25,224 nucleotides of DNA, taken from a virus (Duplodnaviria > Heunggongvirae > Uroviricota > Caudoviricetes). The position numbers were made by a program, and so were the translations under genes. Below the pieces are notes generated by a model, which saw only the letters and a list, made by a program, of their open reading frames with translations, did not search any database and had not been told where the DNA came from. The stretch lies in IMG/VR virus record IMGVR_UViG_3300002835_005179, positions 64,001 to 89,224 of that record; one strand, 5' to 3'. Shown in pieces: positions 8,152-16,222 of the stretch (its first letter is position 1; every line of letters starts with the position of its first letter).

Positions 8152-8862
8152 TTACTCCTTAGAATTATTTATTAATTTATTAAATTCTGTTAACAATTTA
8201 TCAACGGAACTATTTTTCTTAGTTGCAATCAATCTTAAATTTTTATTATTATATAGCTTGTCTATTTCTGTATCAAAGTTCTTTAATTGAAATGCATTTC
8301 TTGCTTCTAGAGTTGAACTAGATTCATACAACCAAACAGATATATTCGGATCAGAATTTAAATTAGACCAAAGTTTTCGTGCACCTTTACTATGATCATC
8401 AGACATCACGGTCCAATCTTCAATTTCTATTAAACCTTTATATAGAGCATAGCCTATTCCTTGACCTTGATATTTTGGTTGAACTATAGCAATTTTAATT
8501 TTATTAATTAATTTGATATTTTTACCAATTTTGATATTAGTACCATATACACTCAACATAGCTATAGGTTCATCAAGATCTGGATTATTATCTGTTCTCT
8601 TAACAACAAATACATTTATATCGCTTTTATTTGTAGAAAGATGTGAATATTTTACCGGAAACAATCCAATATCTGATTCAATCCTATCTAATCTTTTAAA
8701 TTTGAAAAATTTTAATGAATTAGACCAAATATTTTTAAGTTCTGATGACAAGAATCTAGATTTAGATTTATATTCATTTTTGGTCAACTCTTTGATTTGA
8801 TAATAATCTTTTGATTCAGAAACAATTTTTAAATATAATTCTTTGAAACTCTTTAAATTCAT
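8152..8862 (-). CDS. GNAT-family acetyltransferase with a capsid-targeting-like leader
   Basis: Acetyl-CoA motif A IVQPKYQGQGIGYALY and SKGARKLW; leader MNLKSFKELYLKIVSE. Confidence 0.75.
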   Translation of the reverse strand: MNLKSFKELYLKIVSESKDYYQIKELTKNEYKSKSRFLSSELKNIWSNSLKFFKFKRLDRIESDIGLFPVKYSHLSTNKSDINVFVVKRTDNNPDLDEPIAMLSVYGTNIKIGKNIKLINKIKIAIVQPKYQGQGIGYALYKGLIEIEDWTVMSDDHSKGARKLWSNLNSDPNISVWLYESSSTLEARNAFQLKNFDTEIDKLYNNKNLRLIATKKNSSVDKLLTEFNKLINNSKE

Positions 8863-8863
8863 T

Positions 8864-9613
8864 TTAGTCCTTAGACTTATTTATTAATAATTCATCTTCA
8901 ACTTGAGATTTTGCGATGATAAATGATTTAACTATTCCTGAACGGACTATATCTTCTATACCAAATTCAATTATATCAAATTCCGGCATCTTCTCAATAA
9001 TCTTCATAAAATGTGGTAGTCCAGAAACGTCCCACTTAGATTTAATTAGATCGTTTTGTAACCAATCTCCACAAAAGAAAATCTTAGTATTCTTACCAAC
9101 ACGTGTTATAACTGTTTCCAGCTCCTGCTCACTACAGTTCTGGAACTCGTCAAGAATAATAAATGTATCATTTATGGTTGTTCCACGTAAGAAAGAAGTA
9201 GAACAAAATTCAACAATTCCTTTTGTTTTTAAGATTTCAAATGCATCTCCTCTACCAAATAATTCTGCGAAGATACCACGATAAGGATCTTCATATACAG
9301 CCATCTTTTCTTTCAGAGTTCCTGGCAAAAATCCAACGTCTCTTGATGAAACAGTTGATCGAATAATCATTATTTTTGTTGGATGTTCGTTAGCAGTTCT
9401 ATCTCTCTTTATTAATTCTGAGAGAGCCAAATACAATGATATATAAGTTTTACCAGTTCCCGCCGAACCACAAAGAACAAGATTATAACCTTCTCCAAAA
9501 GCATCAAAGACATCTTGCTGAGCTTCTGTAATAGGTTGTATCTTTTTCAAAGAAAATGAATTATCTATTGTTGGTTCCAAATTATTTTTGGAGTTTCTTG
9601 GTTTTCTTGACAT
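8864..9613 (-). CDS. phoH: PhoH-family ATPase
   Basis: GSAGTGKT, GFLPGTLKEK, FLRGTT, LDEFQN, GDWLQND and DIVRSGIV. Confidence 0.95.
   Translation of the reverse strand: MSRKPRNSKNNLEPTIDNSFSLKKIQPITEAQQDVFDAFGEGYNLVLCGSAGTGKTYISLYLALSELIKRDRTANEHPTKIMIIRSTVSSRDVGFLPGTLKEKMAVYEDPYRGIFAELFGRGDAFEILKTKGIVEFCSTSFLRGTTINDTFIILDEFQNCSEQELETVITRVGKNTKIFFCGDWLQNDLIKSKWDVSGLPHFMKIIEKMPEFDIIEFGIEDIVRSGIVKSFIIAKSQVEDELLINKSKD
8878..8885 (-). promoter_or_regulatory. Late promoter variant AATAAATA inside the phoH 3' end
   Basis: Followed by SD AAGGA and ATG 8862. Confidence 0.6.
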
Positions 9614-9656
9614 TTGTATCCTTTCATCATAACCAAGATATCACAAGTTAAACAAG

Positions 9657-9932
9657 TTAAACTTCTCGTACAATTGATCTGGATCTCTCTACATTGCCTC
9701 TTGGGTGTGCTTCTTTAATTCTACCCAATACATATTTCTGAAAATCTGCAGGTGCTTTTGTGACTCCTAATCTTACAGGATCACCTATACCTGGAGCCGT
9801 AACAGATTTCTTAACAGATAAGGATAGACATGAAGGACATGGTTGAGTTGTTGGTAGATCACAATCATCCATTTTAACATTCTTCTCGAAAGAGCATTTA
9901 CACTCATCACAATGATAATCATACATTGGCAT
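9657..9932 (-). CDS. FmdB-family zinc-ribbon protein
   Basis: MPMYDYHCDEC...PCPSC pattern; SD GAGGT. Confidence 0.85.
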   Translation of the reverse strand: MPMYDYHCDECKCSFEKNVKMDDCDLPTTQPCPSCLSLSVKKSVTAPGIGDPVRLGVTKAPADFQKYVLGRIKEAHPRGNVERSRSIVREV

Positions 9933-9952
9933 ATAATCAATAACCTCATGTG

Positions 9953-9960
9953 TATTTATA
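9953..9960 (-). promoter_or_regulatory. T4 late promoter TATAAATA
   Basis: Exact consensus directly after the cobS terminator. Confidence 0.7.
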
Positions 9961-9987
9961 AAAATTGGAGGTCCTAGTAGGACCTCC
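9961..9987 (-). terminator. Terminator after cobS
   Basis: ggaggtcc-tagta-ggacctcc stem followed by a U tract on the minus strand. Confidence 0.85.
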
Positions 9988-10010
9988 TAATTGTTTAAGA
10001 ATTTATATTT

Positions 10011-11183
10011 TTAAAATAGAATATCCTCATCATCTAAGTTTGATGCTTTATTTGAATTTTGTGTTTCAGCTTCGATAGTAATAGATTCATCGATTTTTTG
10101 ATATAATGAATAGAAAGATTTTTTAGTATCAGAATCAAATCTTGAAGTACAATACTTAATAGATTTCATTCTAGTTCCACCTACGATAGCAAAGAATCTG
10201 ATAATATGAATCAATCTTCTAGTTGTAATAATATCATCAATTCCTCCGACATCAAATGTATCACGAATAGTTTTTGCCCATTCAACCAATTTATTCGCAA
10301 ACTCAACACTGTCATTCGTTTTACAATTCAACGAATCAAGAATATTAGTTAGAATCTTGATTTCGATTTCTTTTGATGGATATTCATGTTCTACGTTCAT
10401 AGCAAATCTATCGAGCAGAGCTTCGTTCAAAGTATTTGATCCGATATAACGTCCATCATCAGATGCCTTTCCTTTTGTATTTGCTGTTGCAATAATATTG
10501 AAACCTTGAACTGGATGAATAATAGTATTGGTCTTCTTTATATAAATTGGATTACCTTCAAGAATAGGTTGAAGACACATAATTTTATGCGTCCCCAAAT
10601 TAATTTCATCTAATAAAAGAATAGCGCCATGATTCATTGCTTCTACAACAGGACCATCTTGCCACACAGTTTCTCCATTAACTAGACGATAACCTCCAAT
10701 CAGATCATCTTCATCAGTAGATTCTGTAATATTAACACGAAATAATGGTTTTTTAGTTTGAGCACAAACTTCATATACCATCTTAGTCTTACCATTACCA
10801 GATTCTCCAGAAATATAAATTGGAAAGAATGCTTTAGAAGAAACAATTTTTTTAACTAGAGAAAAATCACCGAATGCTACGAACTCAGGATCTTTAATTG
10901 GAATTAAATTGATGTCATGGATGTGTTCTACCTTTTTTTCTGATACGAGCGGTTTCTGTTTATCAGGAGAAGGTGGTCTCTTTAATTCAATGACACCAGA
11001 AGAATCGGATTGTACATTCGAATCAATTTTATATACTCCTCGCCTAATCTTATTAGAATCGGTAGTCATGAATTCTGTAAATTGTTTTTTTAAAGAATAC
11101 TTATCTGCTACGATAGTTAATTCCGGTCTAGTGAATGTAGTTTGTCCTGGATACTCATTTCTAATAGCTTCAATAAAGTTCAT
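10011..11183 (-). CDS. cobS: CobS/MoxR-type AAA+ ATPase with N-terminal wHTH-like domain (true start probably 11183, not 11264)
   Basis: GESGNGKT, LLLDEIN, IATANT and NEALLDRF. SD AAGGAG and a promoter lie upstream of ATG 11183. Confidence 0.88.
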   Translation of the reverse strand: MNFIEAIRNEYPGQTTFTRPELTIVADKYSLKKQFTEFMTTDSNKIRRGVYKIDSNVQSDSSGVIELKRPPSPDKQKPLVSEKKVEHIHDINLIPIKDPEFVAFGDFSLVKKIVSSKAFFPIYISGESGNGKTKMVYEVCAQTKKPLFRVNITESTDEDDLIGGYRLVNGETVWQDGPVVEAMNHGAILLLDEINLGTHKIMCLQPILEGNPIYIKKTNTIIHPVQGFNIIATANTKGKASDDGRYIGSNTLNEALLDRFAMNVEHEYPSKEIEIKILTNILDSLNCKTNDSVEFANKLVEWAKTIRDTFDVGGIDDIITTRRLIHIIRFFAIVGGTRMKSIKYCTSRFDSDTKKSFYSLYQKIDESITIEAETQNSNKASNLDDEDILF

Positions 11184-11210
11184 ATATCTCCTTAAAATCC
11201 GTACATACTC

Positions 11211-11239
11211 ATTATAGCGTTTCCATTCGAATAAAGCAA
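11211..11239 (-). promoter_or_regulatory. Sigma70-like promoter for cobS
   Basis: TTGCTT-N17-TATAAT. Confidence 0.75.
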
Positions 11240-11257
11240 CTCTTTTATATTTCCTAT

Positions 11258-11285
11258 TTGACATTCATCATGAATAAGGTATAAT
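11258..11285 (+). promoter_or_regulatory. Sigma70-like promoter for the peptidase-vWA gene
   Basis: TTGACA-N16-TATAAT-N7-ATG. Confidence 0.75.
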
Positions 11286-11292
11286 ATTAAAT

Positions 11293-13581
11293 ATGATTAC
11301 AACTGTACAAGACAATGTAGCAAAATTAATGTCTATGGAAGATATAACAGTTATCCAGAAATCTGTGTCTACTGCATACTTCGATACTAAAAAAAGAATA
11401 TTGGTTATTCCAACATGGAAGAACCTAACAAATATTGTTATAGAATCTCTTATTGGACATGAGATTGGTCATGCTCTATACACCGATTCAGATGCATATG
11501 TTAATGCTTGTAAACTTCGAGAACCTAATGAAGTGTTTCGTGATTATCTCAATATTATTGAAGATGCAAGAATTGAATCATTAGTTAAACAAAAATATCC
11601 TGGTATGAAAAAGATCTTCTATTATGGATATAAACATATTATCGACAATAAGATTATTGAGATCGACGATGTAGAGGATCTTCCGATCATCGATCGATTG
11701 AATGTGTATTTTAAATTTAATGGAATTATCCCATTAACGCTGTCAAAACGAGAAAATCTTTTCATTGAAAAGATTCAAGCAATTGATAACTTTAAACAAG
11801 TTATAGATATTGCAATTGAATTATTTGATTCGGAAAAACATGAATCATTTGATGAACAACCATCTACTCGTCAGATCTTCTTCGAAAACGAATCAGATAC
11901 AAACGATACTAAGGAAAACCCAGAGAAGATTAACATAGAAACTGATTTCGATGGAATTCATAATAACTCAGAAAAACCAGAAAAACCAGAAAAACCTGAT
12001 AACGGTGATTCCGGAAATAATGAAGAACAAGAATCAGTAAAAAAAGAGGAATCAGAATCCGATTCCAAAACGAAAAAAGAAACTAGTAATAAAATTGGTG
12101 GTTCGACTGGTTCTAAATCACAAGACGATAATGAACCGTCTAGATCTAAGACAAATAGAGATTTGGCTGAATCACTATCAAAATTAGTTGATACCAGTTC
12201 AATGTTACAGTATGTTGACATACCATCTCCAAATTTAAATAATATCATTTATCCATTTGAATCAATTAAAGTGGATTTTGAAAAATTTAATTTGCCGGAT
12301 CTTTCAGCGGAAGATGATGATTTTGATTTAGATCGAAATAATCCGATCAAGAATTTTAATAAGAATCATAAAGCAAATATCTCATTACATAAACAATTAT
12401 TTGAAATGAGAAAAAAAGCTTTTCAATACAATAAGACTTTAACATTTAAGACTGGAAAATTAGATACAAACAAATTATATTCATACAAATATAATAATGA
12501 GATTTTTAAGACTTCAGAAATCAAACCAAATGGAAAGAATAATGGATTAATTTTTATTATGGATCTATCTGGTTCTATGTATTCATATCTTTCAGGAGCT
12601 AAAGAAAAGGCTTTTGAATTAATATTATTCTGTAAACAATCAAATATTCCATTTGTTTTATATGGATTTGTTGATACATTCAGAAATTCCGAAAATCCTA
12701 AATATGGACATAATAAACCCGCTCTTTTCGATCATTATGTTGGAAAAAATGAACATAGTTTAGGAATACATCCTAATTTTAAGTTGTATGAATTGTTAAG
12801 TTCTAGAATGAATTCATCAGATTTTAAAAAGATGTCTTCAATCTTTCTTAATTATATAGGGAAGTTGTCTGGACAACTTTCAATTGATCCAGCATCAATT
12901 TCTGGTAAAACAATCACAAATATTGGAAATTATTCTTTAGGAGGAACACCATTAACAGAAACCCATTTATGTTTAGATTCACTGGTAAATAAATTTAGGA
13001 ATGACACTCGCACACAAATTGTAAATGTGGTATATTTTACGGATGGCCAAGGAACAGAAACAAACTACATTAACAAAAATGGATCTTATAATAGTTTCAA
13101 TTACTACAGTAGACCGAAAATCGTAATCCATGATCCAAAGACGAAGAAGAATTATGATTCTTCTCAAGAATCGATTCGCAATAGTCCATCTACTATTCTT
13201 AAGATAATTAAGCAGAGGATGACTGATGTTAATGTCATTAATTTTTTGATAACGAGTGATATTCTATGTGGTGTTTCAGCTGATTATTTTGATAAATTAA
13301 TGACAGATAATGGATATACTGAAAAATATATAAACATGACTCGGGAAAAGAAGCAGGAAGCGGAGATGGTTTTGAGATCTAAATATATTGTTATAGAAGA
13401 TTCTAAAAGAGATTCATTTGATAATACATTCTTGTGTTCTGTTAATATGTTTAGAAAAAAGAAACAGCCTAAAATGGTAGATAAATCTATACAAGAAACT
13501 ATCGATACCTTCGTATTTTCTTCTAACTCTAAAAAGCAAATTAATACGATGATCTCAAAATTTATTGATTTAATTGTTTAA
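11293..13581 (+). CDS. CobT-like protein: zincin HExxH domain, acidic linker and vWA (MIDAS) domain
   Basis: GHEIGHALYT, NIIEDARIE, MDLSGS, GGTPL and FTDG. Confidence 0.85.
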   Translation: MITTVQDNVAKLMSMEDITVIQKSVSTAYFDTKKRILVIPTWKNLTNIVIESLIGHEIGHALYTDSDAYVNACKLREPNEVFRDYLNIIEDARIESLVKQKYPGMKKIFYYGYKHIIDNKIIEIDDVEDLPIIDRLNVYFKFNGIIPLTLSKRENLFIEKIQAIDNFKQVIDIAIELFDSEKHESFDEQPSTRQIFFENESDTNDTKENPEKINIETDFDGIHNNSEKPEKPEKPDNGDSGNNEEQESVKKEESESDSKTKKETSNKIGGSTGSKSQDDNEPSRSKTNRDLAESLSKLVDTSSMLQYVDIPSPNLNNIIYPFESIKVDFEKFNLPDLSAEDDDFDLDRNNPIKNFNKNHKANISLHKQLFEMRKKAFQYNKTLTFKTGKLDTNKLYSYKYNNEIFKTSEIKPNGKNNGLIFIMDLSGSMYSYLSGAKEKAFELILFCKQSNIPFVLYGFVDTFRNSENPKYGHNKPALFDHYVGKNEHSLGIHPNFKLYELLSSRMNSSDFKKMSSIFLNYIGKLSGQLSIDPASISGKTITNIGNYSLGGTPLTETHLCLDSLVNKFRNDTRTQIVNVVYFTDGQGTETNYINKNGSYNSFNYYSRPKIVIHDPKTKKNYDSSQESIRNSPSTILKIIKQRMTDVNVINFLITSDILCGVSADYFDKLMTDNGYTEKYINMTREKKQEAEMVLRSKYIVIEDSKRDSFDNTFLCSVNMFRKKKQPKMVDKSIQETIDTFVFSSNSKKQINTMISKFIDLIV

Positions 13582-13599
13582 GGAAGATCTAAAATTTCG

Positions 13600-13697
13600 A
13601 ACTTCATTATGAAGTTGAAGGAGTTCCGTTCGGTGTGTAAAAGTTTTTTTCTAAAAATGCTTGACATCAACCTCCATTAAAGGTATAATTGAAGTAT
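13600..13697 (+). repeat. 98-bp direct repeat with early promoter, copy 1
   Basis: Matches 14842-14939 with 2 mismatches; contains TTGACA-N17-TATAAT. Confidence 0.95.
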
Positions 13698-14400
13698 GGT
13701 TACAATATTAAAGGGACTTGTGGGGTCGCATGCTTATGGACATGCGACTCCAGAATCAGATAAAGATTGGATGACGGTATATGTCGGAGGAATAGATTCA
13801 TACTTTGGTCTGAAAAGAGCAGATACTTCGCATTCAGTATCAGAAGATGTAGATGTAACTGATTACGAATTTAAGAAATTCGTTTCTCTTTGTTGTAATT
13901 TTAATCCGAATGTGATTCCTCTGCTTTTCTTAAAGAAAGAATCTTATGATTCAATCACTAACGAATTTGGCTTGAGATTAGTGCAAGCTAAAAATCTCTT
14001 CTTAACAAAAAGATGCTATAACTCATTAAGAGGATACGCAACTTCTCAAGAAAAGAAAGCGAGACTCGGATTAACAGAAAAATTGGGTCAGAAGAGGAAG
14101 GTCCTTGTAGATAAATATGGTTATGATGTAAAGGCTGCTGCACACACTGTCAGATTATTACGTCTAGCAAAACATATATTTTTGTACAATGAAGTTAATC
14201 TTGAAGAAGCAGCAGAAGAGTGTATGAAATATCGTTCCGGTTTCTTTTCAAAAGAAGAATTCCAGAATAGGTTCGATGAATTGATACTTCAAGTTGATGA
14301 TTCATTCTCTTCTTGTATTCTTCCAGAAGATGTTGATGCGACTACAGTAAATGCATTTTGTGTTAATTTTTTGAAAGATTGGTTTGAGGAACATGAATAA
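13696..14400 (+). CDS. Pol-beta superfamily nucleotidyltransferase (RlaP/YcgL/NrdC.11-like)
   Basis: GLVGSHAYGHATPESDKDW (GS..D.D), NPNVI and YDVKAAAHTVRL. Confidence 0.85.
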   Translation: MVTILKGLVGSHAYGHATPESDKDWMTVYVGGIDSYFGLKRADTSHSVSEDVDVTDYEFKKFVSLCCNFNPNVIPLLFLKKESYDSITNEFGLRLVQAKNLFLTKRCYNSLRGYATSQEKKARLGLTEKLGQKRKVLVDKYGYDVKAAAHTVRLLRLAKHIFLYNEVNLEEAAEECMKYRSGFFSKEEFQNRFDELILQVDDSFSSCILPEDVDATTVNAFCVNFLKDWFEEHE

Positions 14401-14581
14401 TTATATTTTCTTATTAGAAAAAGATTTAACTTATGTTAAATCTTATGCAGAACAGAATGGTTTGAAGACGAGGATTGTCAATAGAGATAATGTCCCGGTG
14501 TTATTGACATGCGAATATGACGGATCAAGGTTGAATCTGACTGTTATAGATGGAATCGTAAAGGAAATTGGTATTGGATAA
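14384..14581 (+). CDS. Small protein resembling peptidase inhibitor I78/potato-I family
   Basis: C-terminal LTCEYDGSRLNLTVIDGIVKEIGIG resembles TxD(Y/F)xxxRLNxxVxxGxVxxxxxG. Confidence 0.5.
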   Translation: MRNMNNYIFLLEKDLTYVKSYAEQNGLKTRIVNRDNVPVLLTCEYDGSRLNLTVIDGIVKEIGIG

Positions 14582-14582
14582 A

Positions 14583-14687
14583 CGAAAGAATATCTCCTTT
14601 GTTTTCAATAACTTGTGGCAAGTCATTGATTCAAAAGAGAATATTCTTTCGAAAAAATTTGCTTCGGTTGAATGGATAAGGTATACT
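14583..14687 (+). promoter_or_regulatory. Long hairpin plus early promoter module, copy A
   Basis: Arms cgaaagaatat/atattctttcg around TCAAT-n-ACTTG-nnn-CAAGT-n-ATTGA, then TTGCTT-N17-TATACT-N6-ATG. Confidence 0.8.
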
Positions 14688-14693
14688 TAAAGT

Positions 14694-14882
14694 ATGAAAA
14701 CTGTATGGGTTGTTTACGAGTATTGGTATTCCAGTGTACACTCCACCTATTTGAAGACGGTTATTCGGGTCTTCGCCTCAAAAGAAGAGGCTGATGAATT
14801 TGCGAAAACTGAACAGATCTACTCGGATAGAATGAAGTTCAAACTTCATTATGAAGTTGTAGAAGTTCCGTTCGGTGTGTAA
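14694..14882 (+). CDS. Hypothetical protein
   Basis: 62-aa ORF starting 6 nt after the -10 box. Confidence 0.7.
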   Translation: MKTVWVVYEYWYSSVHSTYLKTVIRVFASKEEADEFAKTEQIYSDRMKFKLHYEVVEVPFGV

Positions 14883-14939
14883 AAGTTTTTTTCTAAAAAT
14901 GCTTGACATCAACCTCCATTAAAGGTATAATTGAAGTAT
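14842..14939 (+). repeat. 98-bp direct repeat with early promoter, copy 2
   Basis: Matches 13600-13697. Confidence 0.95.
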
Positions 14940-14997
14940 AGTAGAAAACTATTCTGATCAAAGTAGTGTGAAAGAACTAGTGTGCAAGGAAATTAAC

Positions 14998-15738
14998 ATG
15001 CATAAAATTATAATTCCCGATATCCACCAAAATATAGATCGTTTGAATTCTATTCTTCAAACTCCTGAATGCCAGGAAGCACAAGAAATTATTTTTCTTG
15101 GCGACTACTTTGATTCTTTTGATTATGATTTTTACACACCAGAAATGTGTAAGTTTCTAAACAATAACATTAATAATGAACGATATACCTTTCTTATCGG
15201 AAATCACGATATTCATTATATTAGTTCGAATACGAATTACAGATGTTCTGGTTGGTCTTTCCAAAAGCAATCTATTGTTGATAAATTTTTAGATAAACAA
15301 GTAATTCGAAAACTTCGTCCGTTCAAATATGAGATGATTCAAGATAAACATTTTTTATTCTCTCATGCTGGTTTGCATCCTTCATTTGTCCCATTTAATT
15401 TTTCTGATATATTAAAAGACAATAATGTTTCTGACTGGTTCAATAATCTAGAACAGAGTACTATGGCTAAACTTATCAGTGGAATTAATGATCCATTATT
15501 TGGTGCTGGAAAGGATCGTGGTGGTTTTCAGAAAATCGGTGGTATCACTTGGTTGGATTGGAGAAATTTCGAATTAATCGAGAACTTAAATCAAGTAGTC
15601 GGACACTCTTACAGAATAATGCCTGATATGATTAATAGTTTTGATGAATCATCAATAAATATTAATATCGATACGAATTTGAGAAATTATTTGAGGTTGA
15701 ATTTGTATGATACAGTTCATTACGAATTTCTTTCGTGA
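14998..15738 (+). CDS. Calcineurin-like metallophosphoesterase
   Basis: DIH, GDYFD, GNHD, HAG and GHS motifs; SD AAGGA before ATG 14998. Confidence 0.9.
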   Translation: MHKIIIPDIHQNIDRLNSILQTPECQEAQEIIFLGDYFDSFDYDFYTPEMCKFLNNNINNERYTFLIGNHDIHYISSNTNYRCSGWSFQKQSIVDKFLDKQVIRKLRPFKYEMIQDKHFLFSHAGLHPSFVPFNFSDILKDNNVSDWFNNLEQSTMAKLISGINDPLFGAGKDRGGFQKIGGITWLDWRNFELIENLNQVVGHSYRIMPDMINSFDESSININIDTNLRNYLRLNLYDTVHYEFLS

Positions 15739-15925
15739 TATTGATTTAGAAATGATGGAATCCTTTAAGAAAGGAGAAGGCCCAATGATATGGGTCACAC
15801 ATGAAGGAAGAACCTATTTCAATATTAATAAATTCATGAAATCTGAAAAAGGAAAACAAGTTATCTACGATCTTAAACTCTTTTCAGAAAGACATAATTT
15901 GAGACCTTGGAGCGGAATAGATTAG
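15707..15925 (+). CDS. Hypothetical protein
   Basis: 72-aa ORF overlapping the previous stop. Confidence 0.55.
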   Translation: MIQFITNFFRDIDLEMMESFKKGEGPMIWVTHEGRTYFNINKFMKSEKGKQVIYDLKLFSERHNLRPWSGID

Positions 15926-16012
15926 GAGGATGCTGGGGTTGGCTCCCCACACAGTCTAGAAAACTGTAGTATCTCTAACGGGATAATAGTTCGATGCTAT
16001 CATCCTCCTCCA
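15925..16012 (+). tRNA. tRNA-Ser(AGA) with non-canonical 8/4 acceptor/T-stem and long variable arm
   Basis: Acceptor ggaggatg/catcctcc (8 bp), D stem gggg/cccc, anticodon stem acagt/actgt with loop CT-AGA-AA, V stem tatctc/gggata, T stem atag/ctat with TTCGATG loop, then T-CCA. Confidence 0.88.
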
Positions 16013-16016
16013 CAAA

Positions 16017-16209
16017 TAACCAGAAGGTGGGATTAATGGCGTCCATCCTTTAAAGAGTGAATCGTAGTTCCGGCCAATATGGTTGAAAGATTACCATGGG
16101 TATCAGTAAATCTTTGTAGAATATTAATGTCTAATACTTGGCCGCATAAAGTCTAGAAATAGATTGGTAATTCTACTATGGATTCTTTGGCGTAATAGCA
16201 CACTGGTTA
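16017..16209 (+). ncRNA. Putative structured ncRNA of unknown family
   Basis: Noncoding gap with nested helices: taaccag/ctggtta, cggccaa/ttggccg, aaagatt/aatcttt, agtcta-GAAA-tagatt and gaatc/gattc. Confidence 0.55.
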
Positions 16210-16222
16210 ACTTTAAAATAAT

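Noticed and set aside
11184-11264. N-terminal extension of CobS given by the ORF track
   Set aside because: The region contains the cobS promoter and SD, and overlaps the -35 box of the divergent gene.
11972-11998. 9-bp aaaaaccag repeats (EKPEKPEKP)
   Set aside because: This is ordinary low-complexity linker sequence between the peptidase and vWA domains.
10011-13581. Functional cobalamin biosynthesis (cobaltochelatase)
   Set aside because: There is no CobN or other cob gene in the window; the pair fits the general MoxR-vWA chaperone type.
15956-15962. Amber suppressor (CTA) or selenocysteine reading of the 8/4 tRNA, implying stop-codon recoding
   Set aside because: In the 7-nt loop CTAGAAA the anticodon position is AGA, not CTA or TCA. 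Core genes are full length under the standard code.
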